DNA from: Pseudomonas aeruginosa PAO1
GTDB taxonomy: Bacteria > Pseudomonadota > Gammaproteobacteria > Pseudomonadales > Pseudomonadaceae
Strand: one strand, 5' to 3'
Assembly (NCBI RefSeq): GCF_000006765.1
Contig: NC_002516.2
Length of the DNA stretch: 64,000 bases
In this document: positions 43,770 through 61,012 of the stretch, piece after piece
Numbering within the stretch: the stretch's first letter is position 1
Layout: the number at the start of each line of letters is the position of its first letter
Made by a program: the position numbers and the translations under genes
Notes under the pieces: generated by a model
Seen by the model: only the letters and a program-made list of their open reading frames with translations
Databases searched by the model: none
Told to the model about the DNA's origin: nothing

Positions 43770-44468
43770 GTGATCTTCGATTTCTCCGTCATCTGGGACA
43801 GCCTTCCGCTCTATTTCGACGGCCTGCTGGTCACCCTCAAGCTGCTCTCGATCTCCCTGCTGATCGGCCTGCTGCTGGCGGTGCCGCTAGCGCTGATGCG
43901 GGTCTCCAAGCAGCCGCTGGTGAACTTCCCGGCCTGGCTCTATACCTACGTGATCCGCGGCACGCCGATGCTGGTCCAGCTGTTCCTGATCTACTACGGC
44001 CTGGCGCAGTTCGACGCGGTGCGCGAGAGCGCGCTGTGGCCCTGGTTGTCGAACGCCTCCTTCTGCGCCTGCCTGGCGTTCGCCATCAACACCAGCGCCT
44101 ATACCGCCGAGATCCTCGCCGGCAGCCTGAAGGCCACGCCCCATGGCGAGATCGAGGCGGCCAAGGCGATGGGCATGTCGCGCCTGAAGATGTACCGCCG
44201 CATCCTCCTGCCGTCGGCACTGCGGCGCGCCCTGCCGCAGTACAGCAACGAAGTGATCATGATGCTGCAGACCACCAGCCTGGCGTCCATCGTCACCCTG
44301 GTGGACATCACCGGCGCCGCGCGGACCGTCTACTCGCAGTACTACCTGCCGTTCGAGGCGTTCATCACCGCTGGCCTGTTCTACCTGTGCCTGACCTTCA
44401 TCCTGGTGCGCCTGTTCAAGCTTGCCGAGCGCCGCTGGCTGGCCTACCTGGCGCCGCGCAAATCCTGA
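43770..44468 (+). CDS. aotM: Arginine/ornithine ABC permease
   Basis: RGTPMLVQ, SAYTAEI and EAAKAMGM motifs; GTG start. Confidence 0.93.
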   Translation: MIFDFSVIWDSLPLYFDGLLVTLKLLSISLLIGLLLAVPLALMRVSKQPLVNFPAWLYTYVIRGTPMLVQLFLIYYGLAQFDAVRESALWPWLSNASFCACLAFAINTSAYTAEILAGSLKATPHGEIEAAKAMGMSRLKMYRRILLPSALRRALPQYSNEVIMMLQTTSLASIVTLVDITGAARTVYSQYYLPFEAFITAGLFYLCLTFILVRLFKLAERRWLAYLAPRKS

Positions 44469-44481
44469 TCCGGAGGACCGC

Positions 44482-45594
44482 ATGGAGCGTATCGACCACC
44501 TGCTGCCGTGGAGCACCCTGGGAAGCGAGAAGCGCCTGAGCGTGTTCCGCTTCGGCTGCGGCGCGCGCAAGGTCTACATCCAGTCCAGCCTGCACGCCGA
44601 CGAGTTGCCGGGCATGCGCACCGCCTGGGAGCTGAAGCAGCGGTTGCGCCTGCTGGAGGCGGAAGGCCGCCTGCGCGGCACCGTCGAGCTGGTGCCGGTG
44701 GCCAATCCGGTCGGTCTCGGGCAGATGATCCAGGCGCTGCACCAGGGGCGCTTCGAAATGAGCAGCGGGCGCAACTTCAATCGCGATTTCCCCGACCTGC
44801 TGGACGCGGTGATCGACAGCGTCGGCGAGCGTCTCGGCAGCGATCCGGCGGCCAATGTCGCGCTGGTCCGCCAGGCCCTGCGCGCGGCGCTGGACGCCCT
44901 GCCGCCGGCGACCTCGGAACTGGAGGGCATGCAGCGCCTGCTGTATCGCCACGCCTGCGACGCCGACCTGGTGCTCGACCTGCATTGCGACTTCGAGGCC
45001 GCCATCCATCTCTATACCCTGCCGCAGCAATGGCCCGCCTTCGCCTCCCTGGCCGCACGCCTGGGCGCCGCTGTCGGGCTGCTCGCCGAGGAGTCCGGCG
45101 GCGGTTCCTTCGACGAGGCCTGCTCGGTGCCGTGGCTGCGCCTGTCGCGCCTGTATCCGCGCGCCGAGCTGCCGCTGGCCTGCCTGGCGACCACCGTCGA
45201 ACTCGGCGGCCAGGCCGACACCACCGTGCAGCAGGCCGAGGCCAACGCCGCGGCGATCCTGGCCTTCCTCGCCGAGCAGGGCTTCGTCGAGGGCGAATGG
45301 CCGGCGGCGCCCGAAGCCTGCTGCGAAGGCTTGCCCTTCGAGGGCACCGAATACGTCCACGCCCCGCATACCGGCGTGGTGAGTTTCCTGCGCCGGCCGG
45401 GCGAATGGGTGGAGGCGGGCGAACCGCTGTTCCAGGTCATCGATCCCCTGGCCGACCGTGCCAGCACCGTGTGCGCCGGGGTTTCCGGCGTGCTTTTCGC
45501 CATCGAACGGATGCGCTACGCGCAGCCGGGACTCTGGCTGGCCAAGGTGGCCGGTCGTCAACCGATCCGTCAGGGACGCTTGCTCAGCGACTGA
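44482..45594 (+). CDS. aotO: AstE/AspA (M14-like) zinc desuccinylase/deacylase-family protein AotO
   Basis: HADE, NFNR, DLH and VELG motifs; C-terminal lipoyl-like segment. Confidence 0.82.
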   Translation: MERIDHLLPWSTLGSEKRLSVFRFGCGARKVYIQSSLHADELPGMRTAWELKQRLRLLEAEGRLRGTVELVPVANPVGLGQMIQALHQGRFEMSSGRNFNRDFPDLLDAVIDSVGERLGSDPAANVALVRQALRAALDALPPATSELEGMQRLLYRHACDADLVLDLHCDFEAAIHLYTLPQQWPAFASLAARLGAAVGLLAEESGGGSFDEACSVPWLRLSRLYPRAELPLACLATTVELGGQADTTVQQAEANAAAILAFLAEQGFVEGEWPAAPEACCEGLPFEGTEYVHAPHTGVVSFLRRPGEWVEAGEPLFQVIDPLADRASTVCAGVSGVLFAIERMRYAQPGLWLAKVAGRQPIRQGRLLSD

Positions 45595-45612
45595 TTAGCC
45601 GAGAACACACAC

Positions 45613-46377
45613 ATGTACAAACTGGAAGTCCAAGACCTGCACAAGCGCTACGGTAGCCACGAGGTGCTCAAGGGCGTCTCGCTGGCGGCGAAAGCGGGCG
45701 ACGTGATCAGCATCATCGGCTCGAGCGGTTCCGGCAAGAGCACCTTTCTGCGCTGCATAAACCTGCTGGAACAGCCGCACGCCGGCAAGATCCTGCTCAA
45801 CGGCGAGGAGCTGAAGCTGGTGCCCGGCCGCGACGGCGCGCTGAAGGCCGCCGACTCCCGCCAGTTGCAGCGCATGCGCTCGCGCCTGTCGATGGTGTTC
45901 CAGCATTTCAACCTGTGGTCGCACATGAGCGCCCTGGAGAACGTCATCGAGGCGCCCGTGCATGTGCTCGGCGTGTCGAAGAAGGAAGCCATCGAGAAGG
46001 CCGAGCACTACCTGGCCAAGGTCGGCGTGGCGCACCGCAAGGACGCCTACCCGGCGCACATGAGCGGCGGCGAGCAGCAGCGCGTGGCGATCGCCCGGGC
46101 GCTGGCGGTGGAGCCGGAAGTGATGCTGTTCGACGAGCCGACCTCGGCGCTCGACCCCGAACTGGTGGGCGAAGTGCTGAAGGTCATGCAGGACCTGGCC
46201 CAGGAAGGCCGCACCATGGTGGTGGTGACCCACGAGATGGGTTTCGCCCGCGAGGTGTCGAACCAGTTGGTGTTCCTGCACAAGGGCCTGGTCGAGGAAC
46301 ACGGCTGCCCGAAGGAAGTCCTCGCCAACCCGCAGTCGGACCGCCTCAAGCAGTTCCTCTCCGGCAGCCTCAAGTAA
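45613..46377 (+). CDS. aotP: Arginine/ornithine ABC ATPase
   Basis: GSSGSGKS, MSGGEQQR, FDEPTSALDPE. Confidence 0.95.
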   Translation: MYKLEVQDLHKRYGSHEVLKGVSLAAKAGDVISIIGSSGSGKSTFLRCINLLEQPHAGKILLNGEELKLVPGRDGALKAADSRQLQRMRSRLSMVFQHFNLWSHMSALENVIEAPVHVLGVSKKEAIEKAEHYLAKVGVAHRKDAYPAHMSGGEQQRVAIARALAVEPEVMLFDEPTSALDPELVGEVLKVMQDLAQEGRTMVVVTHEMGFAREVSNQLVFLHKGLVEEHGCPKEVLANPQSDRLKQFLSGSLK

Positions 46378-46409
46378 CATTCATCGCAGAGGCCGGCTAA
46401 GCTGCTCCC

Positions 46410-47399
46410 ATGACTGCCCAACCCCAACGCATCGGTTTCCTCCTCTGGCCCGCCACCCGCGCGCTGACGCTATCGCTTGCCGAGGAAGCCCTGCGGGCGG
46501 CCCGGCGGTTGCACCCCGAGGCGCTCTACGAGCCGCTGTTCCTGCTCGCCGAAGCGCCGGCCGAAGAGGAGGGCTGGCGCCTGCCGGGAACGGCCTGGAA
46601 CGGCAGGCTGGAGCAATGCTCGCGGCTGTTCCTGGTCGCCGACGAGGCGCCGGCGGCGGTGTCGCCAGCGCTGGGCCTGGCGCTCAAGCAACTGGCGCGT
46701 TCGGGAGCAGCGATCGGCGCGCTGTCCGCCGGCATCTACCCGCTGGCCCAGCTCGGCCTGCTCGACGGCTATCGCGCCGCGGTGCACTGGCGTTGGCACG
46801 ACGACTTCACCGAGCGCTTCCCCAAGGTCATCGCCACCAATCACCTGTTCGAGTGGGATCGCGACCGCATGACCGCCTGCGGCGGCATGGCGGTACTCGA
46901 CCTGCTGCTGGCGCTGCTGTCCCGCGACCATGGCGCTGAACTGGCCGGCGCGGTCTCGGAAGAGCTGGTGGTGGAGCGCATTCGCGAAGGCAACGAGCGC
47001 CAGCGCATCCCGCTGAAGAATCGCCTCGGCTCCAGCCATCCGAAGCTGACCCAGGCGGTACTGCTGATGGAAGCCAATATCGAGGAGCCACTGACCACCG
47101 ACGAGATCGCCCAGCATGTGTGTGTTTCGCGGCGCCAGTTGGAACGGATCTTCAAGCAATACCTGAACCGCGTACCCAGCCAGTACTACCTGGAGCTGCG
47201 CCTGAACCGCGCGCGGCAGATGCTGATGCAGACCAGCAAGTCGATCATCCAGATCGGCCTGTCCTGCGGTTTCTCTTCTGGGCCGCATTTCTCCAGCGCC
47301 TACCGCAACTTCTTCGGCGTCACTCCGCGCGAGGACCGCAACCAGCGGCGCGGCGGCAGCGCCTTCGAGACGACCTTCACTCCCGTCGAACGCGGCTGA
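46410..47399 (+). CDS. argR: AraC/GlxA-family arginine-responsive regulator
   Basis: DJ-1-like N-domain and C-terminal double HTH (SRRQLERIF; CGFSSGPHFSSAYRNFFG). Confidence 0.95.
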   Translation: MTAQPQRIGFLLWPATRALTLSLAEEALRAARRLHPEALYEPLFLLAEAPAEEEGWRLPGTAWNGRLEQCSRLFLVADEAPAAVSPALGLALKQLARSGAAIGALSAGIYPLAQLGLLDGYRAAVHWRWHDDFTERFPKVIATNHLFEWDRDRMTACGGMAVLDLLLALLSRDHGAELAGAVSEELVVERIREGNERQRIPLKNRLGSSHPKLTQAVLLMEANIEEPLTTDEIAQHVCVSRRQLERIFKQYLNRVPSQYYLELRLNRARQMLMQTSKSIIQIGLSCGFSSGPHFSSAYRNFFGVTPREDRNQRRGGSAFETTFTPVERG

Positions 47400-47419
47400 T
47401 CGCCAACGGCGCGGCGGTT

Positions 47420-47680
47420 TCAGCCGGGCTTTGCGACGCCCCGGGAGGCGGATCGCCTCGGGAAGTCGCCGAGTTCGCGACGGGCCGTCGGAATGATCGC
47501 CTCCAGCAGTTCCAGCGGAACGTCGCTGGCGAACAGGTTGACCACGAAACGCCGGCCGACGTCGTCGCGAAAGACCTCGAACAGCGGCTGTTCGCCGCGC
47601 CAGCACTCCAGGCCGAGGCCGTCGCGCGGATTGACGTCGGAGGCGAAGACGAGACGGTAGTCGATTCCCTCGATGGGCAT
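47420..47680 (-). CDS. Small hypothetical protein (about 86 aa) antisense between argR and aruC
   Basis: AGGGA SD before ATG 47680; globular-looking sequence MPIEGIDYRLVFASDVNPRDGLGLECW...; fills the gap; start uncertain. Confidence 0.55.
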   Translation of the reverse strand: MPIEGIDYRLVFASDVNPRDGLGLECWRGEQPLFEVFRDDVGRRFVVNLFASDVPLELLEAIIPTARRELGDFPRRSASRGVAKPG

Positions 47681-47776
47681 GGCTTGTTTCCCTGCTGTTC
47701 CCGCCCGCGGGGCGGCGTAGAAGAAGTATGCACCCGAGTGCATCGCGCGTTTACACTGCGCCTTCCCGATGCTTTC

Positions 47777-49130
<1,354 letters not shown>

Positions 49131-49328
49131 GCGAACCCACGGGGCCCCGGCGCAGGCCGGGGCACCCGATGCGACATCCCGGAGCGGCCCGCGCCGGAGC
49201 CGGGAACCGTGCCGCCGTGCGTGGCGCGGGATCTTCCCTGCTGGACGTTCGAAACCGTGGCACAGGAAGGTGCCGCGGTCCCGCGCATGGATGCGGCAAT
49301 CATCGTTGTCTGAGAAAGGAGTGACGCC

Positions 49329-50345
49329 ATGTTGGTGATGCGCCCCGCCCAAGCGGCCGACCTGCCACAGGTGCAGCGTCTGGCGGCGGACAGCCCGGTA
49401 GGCGTCACGTCCTTGCCGGATGACGCCGAACGCCTGCGCGACAAGATCCTCGCTTCCGAGGCCTCGTTCGCCGCGGAGGTGAGCTACAACGGCGAGGAAA
49501 GCTATTTCTTCGTCCTCGAGGACAGCGCCAGCGGCGAACTGGTCGGCTGCTCGGCGATCGTCGCCTCGGCCGGGTTCTCGGAACCGTTCTACAGCTTCCG
49601 CAACGAAACCTTCGTGCACGCCTCGCGCTCGCTGTCGATCCACAACAAGATCCATGTCCTCTCGCTGTGCCACGACCTTACCGGCAACAGCCTGCTGACC
49701 AGTTTCTACGTACAGCGCGACCTGGTGCAGAGCGTCTACGCCGAACTCAACTCGCGCGGTCGCCTGCTGTTCATGGCCAGCCATCCGGAGCGCTTCGCCG
49801 ACGCGGTGGTGGTGGAGATCGTCGGCTACAGCGACGAGCAGGGCGAATCGCCGTTCTGGAACGCGGTCGGGCGCAACTTCTTCGACCTGAACTACATCGA
49901 GGCGGAAAAGCTCTCCGGGCTGAAGAGCCGCACCTTCCTCGCCGAACTGATGCCGCACTATCCGATCTATGTGCCACTGTTGCCGGATGCCGCCCAGGAG
50001 TCCATGGGCCAGGTCCACCCGCGAGCGCAGATCACCTTCGATATCCTGATGCGCGAAGGCTTCGAGACCGACAACTACATCGACATCTTCGATGGCGGCC
50101 CGACCCTGCACGCGCGTACCTCGGGGATTCGCTCGATCGCCCAGAGCCGGGTGGTTCCGGTGAAGATCGGCGAGGCGCCGAAGAGCGGGCGTCCATACCT
50201 GGTCACCAACGGCCAGTTGCAGGACTTCCGCGCGGTCGTGCTGGACCTGGACTGGGCGCCCGGCAAGCCGGTGGCCCTGAGTGTTGAAGCCGCCGAGGCC
50301 CTGGGCGTCGGCGAAGGCGCCAGCGTGCGCCTGGTCGCGGTCTGA
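49329..50345 (+). CDS. aruF: Arginine N-succinyltransferase alpha subunit
   Basis: AstA-family sequence (SPFWNAVGRNFF; IDIFDGGP), paralogous to the next gene. Confidence 0.93.
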   Translation: MLVMRPAQAADLPQVQRLAADSPVGVTSLPDDAERLRDKILASEASFAAEVSYNGEESYFFVLEDSASGELVGCSAIVASAGFSEPFYSFRNETFVHASRSLSIHNKIHVLSLCHDLTGNSLLTSFYVQRDLVQSVYAELNSRGRLLFMASHPERFADAVVVEIVGYSDEQGESPFWNAVGRNFFDLNYIEAEKLSGLKSRTFLAELMPHYPIYVPLLPDAAQESMGQVHPRAQITFDILMREGFETDNYIDIFDGGPTLHARTSGIRSIAQSRVVPVKIGEAPKSGRPYLVTNGQLQDFRAVVLDLDWAPGKPVALSVEAAEALGVGEGASVRLVAV

Positions 50346-50356
50346 AGGAGCCAGTC

Positions 50357-51379
50357 ATGATCGTACGTCCTGTTACCAGCGCCGACCTGCCGGCCCTGAT
50401 CGAGCTGGCGCGTAGCACCGGCACCGGCCTGACCACCCTGCCGGCCAACGAGCAGCGCCTGCAGCATCGCGTCAGCTGGGCCGAGAAGGCCTTCCGCGGC
50501 GAGGCCGAACGCGGCGACGCCGACTACCTGTTCGTCCTCGAGGACGACGCCGGCAAGGTCGTCGGCATCTCCGCCATCGCCGGAGCGGTGGGGCTTCGCG
50601 AACCCTGGTACAACTACCGGGTCGGCCTCACCGTGAGCGCCTCGCAGGAACTCAACATCCATCGCGAGATCCCCACGCTGTTCCTGGCCAACGACCTGAC
50701 CGGCAATTCCGAGCTGTGCTCGCTGTTCCTCCACGCCGACCACCGCAGCGGCCTCAACGGCAAGCTGCTGTCGCGCGCGCGCTTCCTGTTCATCGCCGAA
50801 TTCCGCCACCTGTTCGGCGACAAGCTGATCGCCGAGATGCGCGGCATGTCCGACGAGGAGGGGCGTTCGCCATTCTGGGAAAGCCTCGGCCGGCACTTCT
50901 TCAAGATGGAATTCTCCCAGGCCGACTACCTCACCGGGGTCGGCAACAAGGCCTTCATCGCCGAGCTGATGCCGAAGTTCCCGCTCTATACCTGCTTCCT
51001 CTCCGAGGAGGCGCGCGGGGTGATCGGCCGCGTCCATCCGAACACCGAGCCGGCGCTGGCCATGCTCAAGGCCGAGGGCTTCAGCTACCAGGGCTACGTC
51101 GACATCTTCGACGCCGGCCCGGCGATCGAGGCCGAGACCGACAAGATCCGCGCCATCGCCGAGAGCCAGAACCTGGTGCTGGCGGTGGGCACTCCCGGCG
51201 ACGACGCCGAGCCCTACCTGATCCACAACCGCAAGCGCGAAGACTGTCGCATCACCGCCGCGCCGGCGCGAGCCGCCGCCGGCACCCTGGTGGTCGATCC
51301 GCTGACTGCCAAGCGCCTGCGCCTGTCGGCCGGCGCCTCGGTACGCGCGGTGCCGCTGTCGGCGCAGAAGCGCGGTTGA
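50357..51379 (+). CDS. aruG: Arginine N-succinyltransferase beta subunit
   Basis: AstA motifs ELCSLFL, SPFWESLGRHFF, YVDIFDAGP. Confidence 0.93.
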   Translation: MIVRPVTSADLPALIELARSTGTGLTTLPANEQRLQHRVSWAEKAFRGEAERGDADYLFVLEDDAGKVVGISAIAGAVGLREPWYNYRVGLTVSASQELNIHREIPTLFLANDLTGNSELCSLFLHADHRSGLNGKLLSRARFLFIAEFRHLFGDKLIAEMRGMSDEEGRSPFWESLGRHFFKMEFSQADYLTGVGNKAFIAELMPKFPLYTCFLSEEARGVIGRVHPNTEPALAMLKAEGFSYQGYVDIFDAGPAIEAETDKIRAIAESQNLVLAVGTPGDDAEPYLIHNRKREDCRITAAPARAAAGTLVVDPLTAKRLRLSAGASVRAVPLSAQKRG

Positions 51380-54231
<2,852 letters not shown>

Positions 54232-54244
54232 GAGCCTCGCCACC

Positions 54245-54535
54245 ATGTCCGATAGCCTGCAACTGATCCTCGAAGATACCGACGGCACCCAGCTGGAAAC
54301 TTCCTGCACCCGTTTCGCCGTGGTCTGGCAGGGCAAGGAAGTGTGGGTCCAGCAAGCCGGCAACGGCCAGTTGCTGATCGGCGTCGACGTCGAAGACGGC
54401 GATACCGAATACACCAACCTGCTGCTGCGGCCGATGGCGACCAACCTGGTCAGCCTGCAACTGGAGATGGAGCCGATCGAAGAGGGCGACGACCACGAGC
54501 ACGGCCCCGACTGCGGCTGCGACCACACCCACTGA
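54245..54535 (+). CDS. Small acidic hypothetical protein with His/Cys-rich C-terminal tail
   Basis: 96-aa ORF tightly spaced between aruB and aruE; ends DDHEHGPDCGCDHTH. Confidence 0.8.
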   Translation: MSDSLQLILEDTDGTQLETSCTRFAVVWQGKEVWVQQAGNGQLLIGVDVEDGDTEYTNLLLRPMATNLVSLQLEMEPIEEGDDHEHGPDCGCDHTH

Positions 54536-54548
54536 CTGAGGACATCCC

Positions 54549-55547
54549 ATGCTCGCCCTCGGCAAACTGCTCGACTTGACCCTGGCCGGCCGCGAGCCGA
54601 CCGAGAAGATCCAGCTCACCGCCGACGGCACCCGCCTGCACTGGCTGGCCGAGGGCGCGCTGGAAGTCACGCCGATCGGCGCCCGCGATAACGGCGTCGA
54701 CCTGTTGCTCTCGGCCGGTATCCACGGCAACGAGACCGCGCCCATCGAACTGCTCGAACGGCTGATCCGCAAGGTCGCCGCTGGCACCCTCAAGCCTGCC
54801 GCCAGGGTCCTCTTCCTGTTCGGCAACCCCGAAGCCATCCGCCGCGGCGAGCGCTACGTCGAACAGGACATGAACCGCCTGTTCAACGGTCGCCACGAGG
54901 AGGGCAGTGGCAACGAGGCCTTCCGTGCCGCCGAGCTGGAGCGCCTGGCCCAGGTGTTCTTCAGCAAGACCGAGCGAGTCCACCTGCACTACGACCTGCA
55001 TACCGCGATCCGCGGCTCGAAGATCGAGCAGTTCGCCCTCTACCCCTGGGCCGAGGGCCGCCAGCATTCCCGCAGCGAACTGGCCCGCCTGCGCGACGCC
55101 GGCATCGAGGCGGTGCTGTTGCAGAACAAGCCGGGCATCACCTTCAGCGCCTACACCTACGGCCAGCTCGGCGCCGAGGCCTTTACCCTGGAACTGGGCA
55201 AGGCACGTCCGTTCGGAGAGAACCAGGAGGTCAACCTGGAGCGCCTGGAGCGGAGCCTGGAGCTGCTGATCGACGGCAGCGAGGAACAGCCGGACGGCTC
55301 CCGGCTCGACGGCCTCAAGCTGTTCAGCGTGTCGCGCGAGGTGATCAAGCACAGCGACCACTTCCGCCTGCACCTCGACGACGACGTGGCCAACTTCACC
55401 GAACTCTCGCCGGGCTACCTGCTGGCCGAGGATATCGGCGGCACGCGCTGGGTGGTGGACGAGGTCGGCGCGCGCATCATCTTCCCCAATCCACGGGTGA
55501 AGAACGGCCTGCGTGCCGGAATCCTGGTGGTGCCGGCCAAGCTCTGA
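54549..55547 (+). CDS. aruE: Succinylglutamate desuccinylase
   Basis: HGNE, DMNR, DLHT and TLELG zinc-deacylase motifs. Confidence 0.95.
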   Translation: MLALGKLLDLTLAGREPTEKIQLTADGTRLHWLAEGALEVTPIGARDNGVDLLLSAGIHGNETAPIELLERLIRKVAAGTLKPAARVLFLFGNPEAIRRGERYVEQDMNRLFNGRHEEGSGNEAFRAAELERLAQVFFSKTERVHLHYDLHTAIRGSKIEQFALYPWAEGRQHSRSELARLRDAGIEAVLLQNKPGITFSAYTYGQLGAEAFTLELGKARPFGENQEVNLERLERSLELLIDGSEEQPDGSRLDGLKLFSVSREVIKHSDHFRLHLDDDVANFTELSPGYLLAEDIGGTRWVVDEVGARIIFPNPRVKNGLRAGILVVPAKL

Positions 55548-55575
55548 GGCGTATCGGCCTTCCCTCTCGATCATG

Positions 55576-55600
55576 ACGGAGCGCTTCGGCGCTCCGTTTC
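55576..55600 (+). terminator. Terminator of the aru operon
   Basis: ACGGAGCGC-TTCG-GCGCTCCGT (UUCG tetraloop) followed by TTC. Confidence 0.65.
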
Positions 55601-55691
55601 CGTTGCGGCCGGGAAGATTTCCCGACTTCCCTTGTGGCTGTCGGTAGAGCGCCGTAGGATCGGGCTTTTCCGCCGAACCGAGGAGCCCTCC

Positions 55692-56696
55692 GTGCCTGTC
55701 ATCGACCTGCGCAGCGACACCGTCACCCAGCCCACCGCCGGCATGCGCGAAGCCATGGCCGCGGCCGAACTGGGCGACGACGTCTATGGCGAGGACCCCA
55801 CGGTCAACCGCCTGGAGGCCGAACTGGCGGCGCGCCTGGGCTTCGCCGCGGCGCTCTTCGTACCGACCGGGACCATGAGCAACCTGCTCGGATTGATGGC
55901 CCACTGCGAGCGCGGCGACGAATACATCGTCGGCCAGCAGGCGCATACCTACAAATACGAGGGCGGCGGTGCCGCGGTGCTGGGCTCGATCCAGCCGCAG
56001 CCGATCGACGGCGAGGCCGACGGATCGCTCCACCTGGACAAGGTCGCGGCGGCGATCAAGGCCGACGATTTCCACTTCGCCAGGACCCGCCTGCTGGCCC
56101 TGGAAAACACCATGCAGGGCAAGGTGCTGCCGCTCGACTACCTGGCCGCGGCGCGCGCCTTCACTCGCGCGCGTGGCCTGGCCCTGCACCTGGATGGCGC
56201 GCGCCTGTACAACGCGGCGGTGAAGCTGGGCGTAGACGCCAGCGAGATCACCCGACACTTCGACTCGGTGTCGGTGTGCCTGTCCAAGGGCCTCGGTGCG
56301 CCGGTGGGCTCGGTGCTTTGCGGCAGCGTCGAACTGATCGGCAAGGCCCGCCGCTGGCGCAAAATGGTCGGCGGCGGGATGCGCCAGGCCGGCCTGTTGG
56401 CGGCTGCCGGACTGTACGCCCTCGACCACCAGGTGGCACGCCTGGCCGACGACCACGCCAACGCCGCGCGCCTGGGCGACGGGCTGCGCGAACTGGGCTA
56501 TGCGGTGGAGCCGGTGCAGACCAACATGGTCTACGTCGATGTCGGCGAGCGGGCGGTCGCGCTGCGCGACTTCCTCGCCGAGCGCGGGGTGCGGATCAGC
56601 GCGGCGGCGCGTTTGCGCCTGGTCACCCACCTGGACGTTTCCGCCGAGTCCATAGGACAAGTACTGGATGCCTTCGCGGCCTTTCGTCGCTCATAA
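55692..56696 (+). CDS. ltaA: Low-specificity L-threonine aldolase
   Basis: IDLRSDTVT, GDDVYGED, HLDGAR and SKGLGAP (PLP Lys); GTG start after AGGAG. Confidence 0.9.
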   Translation: MPVIDLRSDTVTQPTAGMREAMAAAELGDDVYGEDPTVNRLEAELAARLGFAAALFVPTGTMSNLLGLMAHCERGDEYIVGQQAHTYKYEGGGAAVLGSIQPQPIDGEADGSLHLDKVAAAIKADDFHFARTRLLALENTMQGKVLPLDYLAAARAFTRARGLALHLDGARLYNAAVKLGVDASEITRHFDSVSVCLSKGLGAPVGSVLCGSVELIGKARRWRKMVGGGMRQAGLLAAAGLYALDHQVARLADDHANAARLGDGLRELGYAVEPVQTNMVYVDVGERAVALRDFLAERGVRISAAARLRLVTHLDVSAESIGQVLDAFAAFRRS

Positions 56697-56817
56697 GCGA
56701 AAAGGTCGGCAATAGGCAATAACTATCGCGCAAATACACTACAACCTTGCCCAAGGGCCGATATAATGCGGCCCTTTGCCGGCGATTCGTGGCCGCCAAT
56801 TTTCCGTGGAAGAACCT

Positions 56818-59442
<2,625 letters not shown>

Positions 59443-59589
59443 TGCCATGCCGGCCCCGCGCCAGAGCGACGCGGGGCCGGGCGGCCAGCGCCCCTTGATG
59501 CCCGGCCGGCGGTGCGCCCCGCCAGTCCGGGTAGCGAAAGAATGTGGCAGGTTCAAAAGGGCGCCCTTCACGGAATCAGGCGGTTTGAA

Positions 59590-60828
59590 ATGGCTTTGAT
59601 CGTACAGAAGTTTGGAGGGACCTCCGTCGGCACCGTCGAGCGTATCGAGCAGGTGGCCGAGAAGGTGAAGAAATTCCGCGAAGCGGGCGATGACGTCGTC
59701 GTGGTGGTATCCGCCATGAGCGGGGAGACCAACCGTCTGATCGGCCTGGCCAACCAGATCATGGAGCAGCCGGTTCCGCGCGAACTGGACGTCATGGTCT
59801 CGACCGGAGAGCAGGTGACCATCGCCCTGCTCAGCATGGCCCTGATCAAGCGCGGCGTGCCGGCGGTCTCCTATACCGGCAACCAGGTGCGTATCCTCAC
59901 CGACAGCGCGCACACCAAGGCGCGCATCCTGCACATCGACGACACCCACATCCGCGCCGACCTCAAGGCCGGCAGGGTAGTGGTGGTCGCCGGTTTCCAG
60001 GGCGTCGACGGCAACGGCAACATCACCACGCTGGGCCGCGGCGGTTCCGATACCACCGGGGTGGCCCTGGCGGCGGCGTTGAAGGCCGACGAATGCCAGA
60101 TCTACACCGACGTCGACGGCGTCTACACCACCGATCCGCGCGTAGTGCCGCAGGCCCGTCGGCTGGACAAGATCACCTTCGAGGAAATGCTGGAAATGGC
60201 CAGCCTCGGTTCCAAGGTGCTGCAGATCCGGGCGGTCGAGTTCGCCGGCAAGTACAACGTTCCGCTGCGCGTGCTGCACAGCTTCCAGGAGGGTCCGGGC
60301 ACCCTCATTACTATCGATGATGAAGAGGAATCCATGGAACAGCCGATCATCTCCGGCATCGCCTTCAACCGCGACGAAGCCAAGCTGACCATCCGTGGCG
60401 TACCCGATACCCCCGGCGTGGCCTTCAAGATCCTCGGGCCGATCAGTGCCGCCAATGTGGAAGTCGACATGATCGTGCAGAACGTGGCGCACGATAACAC
60501 CACCGACTTCACCTTCACGGTGCATCGCAACGATTACCTGAACGCCCTGGAAATCCTCAAGCAGACCGCCGCCAACATCGGCGCGCGCGAAGCCATCGGC
60601 GACACCAACATCGCCAAGGTTTCCATCGTCGGCGTCGGCATGCGTTCGCACGCCGGCGTGGCCAGCCGCATGTTCGAAGCGCTGGCCAAGGAAAGCATCA
60701 ACATCCAGATGATCTCCACCTCGGAAATCAAGGTTTCCGTGGTGATCGAAGAGAAGTACCTGGAACTGGCGGTACGTGCTCTGCACACGGCGTTCGAGCT
60801 CGACGCGCCGGCGCGACAGGGTGAGTGA
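59590..60828 (+). CDS. lysC: Aspartate kinase
   Basis: QKFGGTSV, LGRGGSDTT, TDVDGVY and two ACT domains. Confidence 0.97.
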   Translation: MALIVQKFGGTSVGTVERIEQVAEKVKKFREAGDDVVVVVSAMSGETNRLIGLANQIMEQPVPRELDVMVSTGEQVTIALLSMALIKRGVPAVSYTGNQVRILTDSAHTKARILHIDDTHIRADLKAGRVVVVAGFQGVDGNGNITTLGRGGSDTTGVALAAALKADECQIYTDVDGVYTTDPRVVPQARRLDKITFEEMLEMASLGSKVLQIRAVEFAGKYNVPLRVLHSFQEGPGTLITIDDEEESMEQPIISGIAFNRDEAKLTIRGVPDTPGVAFKILGPISAANVEVDMIVQNVAHDNTTDFTFTVHRNDYLNALEILKQTAANIGAREAIGDTNIAKVSIVGVGMRSHAGVASRMFEALAKESINIQMISTSEIKVSVVIEEKYLELAVRALHTAFELDAPARQGE

Positions 60829-60840
60829 CGCTGACAGGCG

Positions 60841-60866
60841 AAAGGCGCGGCAACCCCGCGCCTTTT
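60841..60866 (+). terminator. Terminator after lysC
   Basis: AAAGGCGCGG/CCGCGCCTTT stem followed by T-rich tract. Confidence 0.7.
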
Positions 60867-61012
60867 GTCGTTTTTGACCGTTTGGCAGGAACTTTCATTC
60901 CGGCGGGACTGGTCAATACTGGGTGAAGGATCGCGCTCTTGATTTCTGCGGATCCGCCGCCATTTCTTTTTTGCAGACTGTTGTCCTGAAATATTCGCGT
61001 GAGGAGAAAGGA

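Noticed and set aside
49258-49273. Sigma54-like TGGCAC...TGC in the 198-nt aruC-aruF spacer
   Set aside because: GG-to-GC spacing is 11 nt instead of the required 10
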